64,000 nucleotides of DNA from an uncultured bacterium (GTDB lineage Bacteria > Patescibacteriota > Minisyncoccia > Phycocordibacterales > Phycocordibacteraceae): contig CALFMK010000001.1 of assembly GCA_937879955.1 (NCBI GenBank), positions 267,766 to 331,765 on the forward strand. The letters run 5' to 3'. Shown piece after piece: positions 57,409-64,000 of the stretch (within the stretch, counting starts at the first letter, position 1; every line of letters starts with the position of its first letter). Below the pieces are notes generated by a model. It was not told where the DNA came from and did not search any database. It worked only from the letters and a program-made list of their open reading frames with translations. The translations under genes were made by a program, and so were the position numbers.

Positions 57409-58239
57409 CTAGACGAGGGCCATTAACTGCAACATAAACCCTATGGTGATGAGTGTTGCTCCAATCACACCCCACTTTCTCTGCCCAAGACGGTCTTGAA
57501 CTTGAGGTAACTTTAAATTCTCTTCATCTGTACTACCAGACCAGCGAGATAGTCCGAGTCTAATGGCTTCCTTTTTAGAGATAAAAAGACCCTTCGCAAA
57601 AGCGAGACTGCCCAAGAAGGTCAGGGCGAGGCCAAGAATATTCAGGTAACTATCGATACCCACCGGCACTATCATTGGCGGAATATTTCCTGATATGAGA
57701 GACCAGGGAATGACTGAGGCGGCCAGCGCAATGTAAATTGCAATAAAGATTTTAGGGACATGAAGCTCAATATGACTGAATGGCCAATACACCTTCTTAT
57801 CCTCTCCACGCCCAAGCATCTCCCACTCAGTGTCATATAAAGCAAGCGGCAAGCGCTTCTCTATCATGTGAACCACCTTAAACTTCGCACTATTCAACCC
57901 TTTATACGAAGCAATGATTCTGTACCAAAGGTAGCAGACCGTAACGCCTGCAACTGAAGAGGCTGCTAGTATTAGGCCAATCTCTTGCTCGTTTGTCTTG
58001 GTGGCAACAAAACCCAACAGTGCAACAAGTGCAGTATTCAACCCCAGAAAGAATTCGTTCGTTTTTTGTCTACGATCACTGATTTTCTCAGTGGCATTAA
58101 TATAAATTTTGTATTGGTCCAAGAGATGCTCAATGTATCTATCGCCGTACTGCTCGGACGCAGATACAAAGAGCATCTTTTCTACATCTTGCTTTTCCTT
58201 GTTCATATATTTAAGCAAGCTCGCGAATACCCGAGACAA
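57409..58239 (-). CDS. SLATT-like multi-TM putative pore-forming effector protein
   Basis: 276 aa; ~60-aa cytoplasmic N-terminal helix, TM hairpin (FFLGLNTALVALLGFVA / IGLILAASSVAGVTVCYLWYRII), amphipathic region and 3 further TM helices; overlaps or abuts upstream TIR-like gene. Confidence 0.5.
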   Translation of the reverse strand: MSRVFASLLKYMNKEKQDVEKMLFVSASEQYGDRYIEHLLDQYKIYINATEKISDRRQKTNEFFLGLNTALVALLGFVATKTNEQEIGLILAASSVAGVTVCYLWYRIIASYKGLNSAKFKVVHMIEKRLPLALYDTEWEMLGRGEDKKVYWPFSHIELHVPKIFIAIYIALAASVIPWSLISGNIPPMIVPVGIDSYLNILGLALTFLGSLAFAKGLFISKKEAIRLGLSRWSGSTDEENLKLPQVQDRLGQRKWGVIGATLITIGFMLQLMALV

Positions 58240-58618
58240 TGGAACTGGTATTCCACTTCACTATCTTGTCGGCATACTTCTTTACAGTCAGAGAAGTTCT
58301 CTCGCTTGCCCAGGGCTCAATTGCAAGAATCGGCTTTGGATTTGTGAATCCCTGAGCAATTGCAATTTCCTTGTTGATCCAAGTACTGTAAGTCGAGTAC
58401 ACGCCAGCAAGAATAATAATCACGTCACAGAAGCGCATTTGCTCTTGAATTGCACGTGATAGCGCAGCTGAGCTGGGTGCATTGTGAATTGGGTCATTCT
58501 TTGGGACGGAGTAGTTCCTGAAGTTAAATCGCGGATCAGCGTTGAGCATTTTTACAAGCTTCTCGTACGCATCGCCGTATGCCCAAGAATGGCTAATGAA
58601 AATGTTGTAGTGGCGCAT
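58211..58618 (-). CDS. TIR-like domain protein (DUF1863/ThsB-like)
   Basis: 135 aa; YNIFISHSW..D.Y..L...L...P.F.F.NYSVP..DPIH...S.ALS.AI..QM..CDVIIILAGVYSTYSTWINKEI. Confidence 0.6.
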   Translation of the reverse strand: MRHYNIFISHSWAYGDAYEKLVKMLNADPRFNFRNYSVPKNDPIHNAPSSAALSRAIQEQMRFCDVIIILAGVYSTYSTWINKEIAIAQGFTNPKPILAIEPWASERTSLTVKKYADKIVKWNTSSIVSGIRELA

Positions 58619-58623
58619 GCAAC

Positions 58624-58995
58624 TTAAAGATTATTAATAAATGCTCTGATATTGTCCCAGCTCCAAAGATTCACTCGCTTTGTGCTAAGTGGGTATGGCA
58701 AGATGGGCCTATCACTACTTGAATACATCAGCATCATCGGTATCCCTTCCTCTTCTGCGGCCCTTATTTCAAAAAGCTGTCCAGTCGCCGAAGGTGTGTG
58801 CTTACTGATTAGCGCAATGACACCATCACACCCCTTGATACGTGACCGACACTTGACCTCCCAATCAGTCTCCCATGGCTGCTTCACAGACATATCCACG
58901 AATTCGAATGGAGAATTCTCGTTCCTTGCCTGGCCAACAAGAAAATCTCTTGAGCGAACATCTTCAATTGCAAATGCAATGAAAATTCTTTTCAT
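58624..58995 (-). CDS. TIR-like domain protein (DUF1863/ThsB-like), first gene of operon
   Basis: 123 aa; KRIFIAFAIEDVRSRDFLVGQARNENSPFEFVDMSV..CDGVIALISKHTPSATGQLFEI..A.EEGIP; AAGGAG 12 nt upstream of ATG. Confidence 0.6.
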   Translation of the reverse strand: MKRIFIAFAIEDVRSRDFLVGQARNENSPFEFVDMSVKQPWETDWEVKCRSRIKGCDGVIALISKHTPSATGQLFEIRAAEEEGIPMMLMYSSSDRPILPYPLSTKRVNLWSWDNIRAFINNL

Positions 58996-59203
58996 GAGGA
59001 AAGTATGAACTCCTTCCAGGAAAAAGCAAACAACACATTTTAGAAATAATCCAGGAAAACTTTAGATTTTCTTTAGATAATCCTACTTATCCCCTTGCAT
59101 GGAATTCTCATCTTGCTAGGGTTAACTAGTTAACCAAGCTCTGAATACCTGCTGGTAGAAGGTATTCGCAAACGACTAACTTACACAGTTAATATGTTTT
59201 GTC

Positions 59204-60478
59204 ATGAGCAAACTATCTTGGACTACGGTCCAAAAGCGGGTGAACGACCTCGTTCCCCAAGAAGTTAATCCCCGTTCTATTACCGACCATCAGATGGCGG
59301 ATCTTAAGCGAAGTCTTAAGAAGTACAACTTAGTAGAGATTCCAGCCATTGATGCCAATGGCAAAATTCTCGCAGGGCACCAACGTATCAAAGCCCTCCA
59401 GCTTCTTGGTAGAGGCGATGAGCTGATAGACGTGCGCTTCCCTTCTCGAAAGCTCACCAAACTAGAGTCAGAAGAGTATCTCATAGCCTCTAACAAGCTT
59501 GGCGGTGATTGGGACTTTGATCTTCTAAAGTCGTTTGATCTAGGTACTCTGGAATTCGCAGGATTTGACCAGATCGAGATTGCAGAGATATGGGACAAAG
59601 ATAAGGAAGTAAAAGACGACGAGTTCGATATAGAGAAGGAACTCAAGCAAATTAAGAAGCCAAAGACTAAGCTTGGAGACGTAATCACTCTAGGCCACCA
59701 TAGAATCCTCTGCGGAGACTCGACCAAATCCGAGAACCTTAAGCGGCTCCTGGGCAATCAGAAGGCTTCAATGATCTACTCCGACCCTGTCTATAATCTC
59801 GACATCAATTATGACGGTGGGGTTAGCGGGAATAAGGAGTACGGTGGCAAGGTAAACGATTCTCGCTCCTTCGAGGAATATCGAACCTTCCTGAGAGACA
59901 GTATGGAAGCGGCACTAGCCGTGTCCTCGAAAGATACCCATGTCTTCTACTGGTGCGATCAGGTATATATCGGCGTGGTTCAGGAAATTTATCGAGCGCT
60001 CGGCATAGCTAATAAACGAGTGTGTCTCTGGCTCAAGAACAACCACAACCCAGTCCCTAGTGTGGCGTTCAACAAGGTATACGAGCCAGTAGTGTACGGA
60101 GTTCGTGGAAAGCCTTATTTAGCTGACACCATGCAGAATCTGAATGAGGTCATGAACAAGGAGATGAGCTCAGGGAATGACCTACTTGATGAAGTAGATG
60201 TCTGGACTGCAAAGCGTCTTTCAGCGAAAGACTATGAGCACGCCACCTCTAAGCCGCCTCAGCTCCACGAGCGAGCCATTAAGCGCTGCACGAAGCCAGG
60301 AGACATCATCCTTGATAGCTTCCTTGGATCAGGCAGTACGCTTATAGCCGGAGAGTCACTCGGTCGCAAGGTTTACGGCTGCGAGCTTGAACCGCAGTTC
60401 TGTGATCTTATCGTACGTAGGTACGAGAAGATGACAGGTAAGAAAGCAGTGTATGAAAAAGACCAAAGCACTGCTTGA
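59204..60478 (+). CDS. ParB-like nuclease domain / DNA methyltransferase (N6-adenine/N4-cytosine, beta class) fusion protein
   Basis: N-terminal ParB/Srx motif (IPAIDANGKILAGHQRIKALQ), catalytic (D/S)PP(Y/F)-type motif SDPVYN, C-terminal AdoMet motif FLGSGST. Confidence 0.85.
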   Translation: MSKLSWTTVQKRVNDLVPQEVNPRSITDHQMADLKRSLKKYNLVEIPAIDANGKILAGHQRIKALQLLGRGDELIDVRFPSRKLTKLESEEYLIASNKLGGDWDFDLLKSFDLGTLEFAGFDQIEIAEIWDKDKEVKDDEFDIEKELKQIKKPKTKLGDVITLGHHRILCGDSTKSENLKRLLGNQKASMIYSDPVYNLDINYDGGVSGNKEYGGKVNDSRSFEEYRTFLRDSMEAALAVSSKDTHVFYWCDQVYIGVVQEIYRALGIANKRVCLWLKNNHNPVPSVAFNKVYEPVVYGVRGKPYLADTMQNLNEVMNKEMSSGNDLLDEVDVWTAKRLSAKDYEHATSKPPQLHERAIKRCTKPGDIILDSFLGSGSTLIAGESLGRKVYGCELEPQFCDLIVRRYEKMTGKKAVYEKDQSTA

Positions 60479-61037
60479 TAGGCTTGTAGAAGAACTCGAG
60501 AAAACTCCACTGATCCAAATTGCTTGCGACAAAGTCGGTATTTCCAGAAACACCTTCTATCGCTGGATGAAGGAGGACGAGGACTTTCTCGCTCGTGTTA
60601 ATGAAGCCGTATCACTAGGTACGGGTCTTGTTAGTGACGTGGCCATAAGCAACGTACTGGAAGGCATCAAGAAGAAAGATGCCATGTATACGAAGTACTG
60701 GCTAAGCCACAAACATCCTGACTTCCGGCGACCATATGTTCATAGGATCGATGCAGATGATCTCCTTCTACACTCTCGCCTTCTTGCTGAAGGAGCTCAG
60801 AAACATAAGGTTGAGCAACAGATAGCGAATTCACGCGGGTACATCGATGAAGAGATGTCACGGAGACAGGAAGCAGAAGTCGATGACTTTATGGAGAAGT
60901 GGGATCACATCGTAGCCAAGGGAGACGAAGAACGCGCCAAAGTCTTATTCGAGAAGTGGAAGAAGGAATACGAGACTCAAGTGCCAGACACTCCTCCACC
61001 CGACAATAAGAAGCCTCGTAAGAAGAACTGGCGATAA
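60453..61037 (+). CDS. HTH-domain protein, possible phage terminase small subunit (TerS-like)
   Basis: N-terminal HTH (IACDKVGISRNTFYRWMKEDEDF), charged C-terminus; sits downstream of ParB-MTase as in phage packaging modules. Confidence 0.45.
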   Translation: MKKTKALLDRLVEELEKTPLIQIACDKVGISRNTFYRWMKEDEDFLARVNEAVSLGTGLVSDVAISNVLEGIKKKDAMYTKYWLSHKHPDFRRPYVHRIDADDLLLHSRLLAEGAQKHKVEQQIANSRGYIDEEMSRRQEAEVDDFMEKWDHIVAKGDEERAKVLFEKWKKEYETQVPDTPPPDNKKPRKKNWR

Positions 61038-61280
61038 TTATTCTTTCACTTGATCTGCAAGAAGCTTCTTCCCTACTGGAGAATCAACCGGGATCATATT
61101 TGTTGATCCGCAAACTGGGCATGCCTTATGTCGAGAAGTTGATCTCCAAATGGAATAGATGATTCCTGGAATAATGAAGCAGAGGAATAGAACTATCTCT
61201 ATCAACATACTTCCCTTAATTGCCGTACGAGGATTACCTACGTGTCCGCACGATGCACAAATCATTTCTTGCTTAGCCAT
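61038..61280 (-). CDS. zinc-ribbon membrane protein (hypothetical)
   Basis: 80 aa; CxxC...TM...CPVC arrangement. Confidence 0.45.
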   Translation of the reverse strand: MAKQEMICASCGHVGNPRTAIKGSMLIEIVLFLCFIIPGIIYSIWRSTSRHKACPVCGSTNMIPVDSPVGKKLLADQVKE

Positions 61281-61283
61281 TTT

Positions 61284-61430
61284 GTTGTTGGTTCGGTTTT
61301 GTAATTCCCGATGGCCAGATACACAAAAATCCCGCCACCAGGAGGACCCTTACGGGTATCCCTACCTAAGTTTCCCTAGGTAACCGAACCAACGACCCTG
61401 ATGACGGGGTTTTTACGTTGGTTCGGATTT
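61284..61430. repeat. iteron-like short repeats (GTTGGTTCGG x2 direct at 61287 and 61417; inverted copy at 61384) in a 334-bp intergenic region
   Basis: read directly; lies between divergent genes upstream of the integrase module. Confidence 0.35.
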
Positions 61431-61614
61431 TCGGCCATATCCTTTGGAAACCAAAGGGGTTAGGCCATTTTTATTCAATTGTAGACAGGTTCCCCTGCCA
61501 TCTTCTGATGGTATCGCAGTTCTTAGAGTTTGCTAAGCCTGTCCACGACCATGCGACGAATCCATAGTTCTGCATAGACTATGCACCGGCCACCAGTCTG
61601 GCATCAATTAATAG

Positions 61615-61917
61615 GTGGAGGACAGGGACGTAATCTTAGATAAAGCAGCCCATTACCGTTTTACGAAAGAAGCCGATAGTGCCTACCTGAACAGGATCTC
61701 CCTACTCCCAAATTCCAAGAAGGACTTGAAACGAGCGATCCTTGAAAGGATTGAAGAATTGATAGTTTCCTATAGCTCTCTTGCTACATACGTACCAGAC
61801 GAGTTGATCGATTGGCTCAATACGCACCAAGGTACGGACAGGAGCCGGAAAGTCTATCTACGTGTAATCCGAGATATTGAACGACTTCGATCCGAAGCCG
61901 TAAGTAAATTGAAATAA
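61615..61917 (+). CDS. hypothetical protein, translationally coupled to the integrase (4-nt gap)
   Basis: 100-aa ORF, low GC. Confidence 0.45.
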   Translation: MEDRDVILDKAAHYRFTKEADSAYLNRISLLPNSKKDLKRAILERIEELIVSYSSLATYVPDELIDWLNTHQGTDRSRKVYLRVIRDIERLRSEAVSKLK

Positions 61918-61921
61918 CTAT

Positions 61922-63241
61922 ATGCAAACTTTAGAAACCTCACAGATAGGGTTATCGCCCGTCATTATTGAAGAGAAAGTCAAATACTGTTTGTACGCTC
62001 GTAAATCTACCGAGTCCGACGAGAAGCAAGCTCTTTCGATAGATTCCCAGATTAAGGAAATGCTCCAGATTGCCGAGCGAGAGAATCTGGAAATTGTCGA
62101 TATTCGGAGAGAATCTCACTCGGCCAAGGATTCAGGACAGCGACCGGTCTACCAGGAACTTTTAGAGGACATTCGAAGAGGACGATTCAATGCAGTACTA
62201 ACTTGGGCACCTGATCGGTTAAGTAGAAACGCTGGCGACTTAGGAACGCTCGTAGATCTGATGGATCAGAAGCTGCTTCTTGAGATCCGTACCTATGGGC
62301 AACACTTCAGAAACTCCCCTAACGAGAAATTCCTCCTGATGATTCTCTGCTCCCAAGCCAAGCTCGAAAACGATAATAAAAGCATTAACGTAAAGAGAGG
62401 TTTGAAAACGCGCGTAGAAATGGGGCTTTGGCCAAGCCGAGCGCCAACGGGATACCTGAACGAGAAACGAATGGATAGGAAATGCGAGAGTATTCTCGAC
62501 CCAGACAGGGCGATGATAATTAAGAAAATGTTTGAGAAGGTTGCATACGAGAAGTGGAGCGGACGAAAGGTGTATAACTGGCTGAAATTCGAGCTTAACT
62601 TTAAGACCGCTGCCGGCAACAAAAATCTTAGTCTCGGAAATATCTTTAGCATTCTCGAGAATCATTTCTACTACGGGGTCTTTGAGTACCCGAAAAACTC
62701 TGGACGGTGGTATCAAGGGAAACATGAACCACTTATCTCTAAGGAGCTATTTGATCAAGTTCAAGCTCAAATGAAAAGCCAGGTTGTTCGTTCAGAGAGT
62801 AAGGAATTTGCGTTCACGCGTCTTATGGAATGTGGGATGTGCGGTTCAGGTGTTACTGCTGACGAGAAGTTTAAAAAGCAAAAGAATGGAAATATCCATC
62901 GACACGTTTATTACAGCTGTACGAGGTCTAAAGATAGAAATTGTAAGAATGGCTACCTAAACGAAGAAGTTCTTATCGAGCAGTTCGTACAGCTCATGGA
63001 TACTATTGATATCGATGAGATCGGTATTAAAGAAAAGATAAAGGCCGAAGTGGGACGATTCAAAAAGTTCCAACAGTCAGTCCTCGGGGTTACGGAAAAA
63101 GCTGAGGTGAAAGATGTAGATATACGGAACTATGCAAAATACTTATTACGGGAAGGGGTTAGTACAGAGAAACGAGAACTACTTGGTTGTTTAAAAAGCA
63201 GAATAGTCTTACAAGACAAAGAAATCGCACTAAAACCTTAG
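61922..63241 (+). CDS. large serine recombinase (resolvase-domain integrase)
   Basis: catalytic Ser region YARKSTESDEKQALSIDSQ, recombinase domain, Cys-rich zinc-ribbon (CGMCGS..YYSCTRSKDRNC), C-terminal coiled coil. Confidence 0.9.
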   Translation: MQTLETSQIGLSPVIIEEKVKYCLYARKSTESDEKQALSIDSQIKEMLQIAERENLEIVDIRRESHSAKDSGQRPVYQELLEDIRRGRFNAVLTWAPDRLSRNAGDLGTLVDLMDQKLLLEIRTYGQHFRNSPNEKFLLMILCSQAKLENDNKSINVKRGLKTRVEMGLWPSRAPTGYLNEKRMDRKCESILDPDRAMIIKKMFEKVAYEKWSGRKVYNWLKFELNFKTAAGNKNLSLGNIFSILENHFYYGVFEYPKNSGRWYQGKHEPLISKELFDQVQAQMKSQVVRSESKEFAFTRLMECGMCGSGVTADEKFKKQKNGNIHRHVYYSCTRSKDRNCKNGYLNEEVLIEQFVQLMDTIDIDEIGIKEKIKAEVGRFKKFQQSVLGVTEKAEVKDVDIRNYAKYLLREGVSTEKRELLGCLKSRIVLQDKEIALKP

Positions 63242-63954
63242 AGAGGATTTGTTGCCCCGCGAACCTCGAAGTGTAAATGAGAGCCAGTTGATTTGCCCGT
63301 GCTGCCTACATATCCGATAACCTCTCCTTTATTTACGGAACCTCCTGAGACGGCAAGTGAGGACATGTGCGCGTACAGAGTCTGTGCGCCTCCTCCATGC
63401 TCGATAACGATGTAGTTTCCGTATCCTCCGTTGTAACCTCCGCCACCTTTGGCGATGATAACGGTGCCTCCTGCCGATGCGTAGATAGGATCTCCCGTCT
63501 CTCCATCAATATCTACGGCGTTGTATCCATGATTAGCCTGCGTGATAGCGCCGCCCGGAAGCGGGTTCCCGAACTTTCCTGTAGAACCCGTGCTGTTTGA
63601 TTTCGTTGCTGAAGCTGCGGACTTCTTGGTAGTGCCGGTGCTTGCGACCTTCTTAGGAGTAGATGAGAACGCGCCTCCAGGGACGACTATCTCTGCTCCT
63701 GCCTTTAGCCCCGCACCCTCATCAATACCGTTATAGAGCGCAATATCAGACACGTCAGAGCCATATTTCTTAGCGATAGACTGGAGTGTTTCTCCCGAAA
63801 CTACTTTGTGCTGAACGCCTGATACGGGAAGAATGATAAGCTCGTCGCCTATGCGAATAGTGCTAGCATCACGAATATCATTCGCCCAGAGGATGGTGTT
63901 GCTTGATACGCCGTGTTCCTCGGCAATTTCAGAAAGCGAATCGCCTTCTTTCAC
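63238..63954 (-). CDS. M23 family peptidase with LysM domains (5' end beyond window)
   Basis: LysM repeats (GDSLSEIAEEHGVS.., GETLQSIAKKYG..), M23 motifs HGYNAVD, GYVGSTGKSTGSHLHFEV; ORF open to the window edge. Confidence 0.85.
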   Translation of the reverse strand: MKEGDSLSEIAEEHGVSSNTILWANDIRDASTIRIGDELIILPVSGVQHKVVSGETLQSIAKKYGSDVSDIALYNGIDEGAGLKAGAEIVVPGGAFSSTPKKVASTGTTKKSAASATKSNSTGSTGKFGNPLPGGAITQANHGYNAVDIDGETGDPIYASAGGTVIIAKGGGGYNGGYGNYIVIEHGGGAQTLYAHMSSLAVSGGSVNKGEVIGYVGSTGKSTGSHLHFEVRGATNPL

Positions 63955-64000
63955 GGTGTAGAGGGAAATTCCCGACTTCTTCGGCTTTGCAGTGTTTGAG

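Larger units (their letters stand above)
56000..63241. mobile_element. low-GC integrated element (genomic island / phage-satellite-like) with serine integrase, TerS-like gene, ParB-MTase and defence cargo
   Basis: GC drops from ~66% to ~40-45% by eye; gene content; integrase stop overlaps the convergent chromosomal M23 peptidase gene by 4 nt; left boundary uncertain (GC already reduced from ~54.0 kb). Confidence 0.55.

Overview
This is a high-GC (~65-70%) bacterial chromosomal segment, mostly housekeeping and envelope genes, with a low-GC (~40-50%) mobile island at its right end. Core genes include hsp20, lepA, murJ, an O-antigen-ligase/TPR protein, rnpB, htpX, lemA, groES/groEL, secG, RNase J, bcp-nth-pspC, msrB, a GcrA homolog, DEAD-box helicase, typA, mltG, a Pif1-like helicase, an RND efflux pump, a two-component system, a MacAB-type ABC exporter and an ECF sigma/anti-sigma pair. 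There are four tRNAs (Phe, Arg-CCT, Gly-CCC, Ser-GGA; none with encoded CCA). Many genes have a -10 hexamer 6-8 nt from the ATG and no Shine-Dalgarno sequence, which implies leaderless mRNAs; gcrA and the 12475..12654 small gene, with GGAGG ~8 nt upstream, are exceptions. The island spans ~56.0-63.2 kb (possibly from ~54.0 kb). It ends in a large serine recombinase and carries a TerS-like gene, a ParB-nuclease-domain/DNA-methyltransferase fusion and a tightly packed five-gene operon: two TIR-like (DUF1863-type) proteins, a SLATT-like multi-TM protein, a 4-TM protein and a HEPN-like (RNxxAH) protein. That operon is the best candidate for an undescribed Thoeris-like antiphage system. Other notable points are a structured ~200-nt RNA with a 14-bp closing helix and intrinsic terminator just upstream of pspC, a solitary MazF/PemK-like toxin in a low-GC patch, several small low-GC insertions, a compact 318-nt RNase P RNA, and an AT-rich perfect palindrome upstream of groESL with no CIRCE element. 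All calls are from reading the sequence and family-level motif recognition; no database searches were run.
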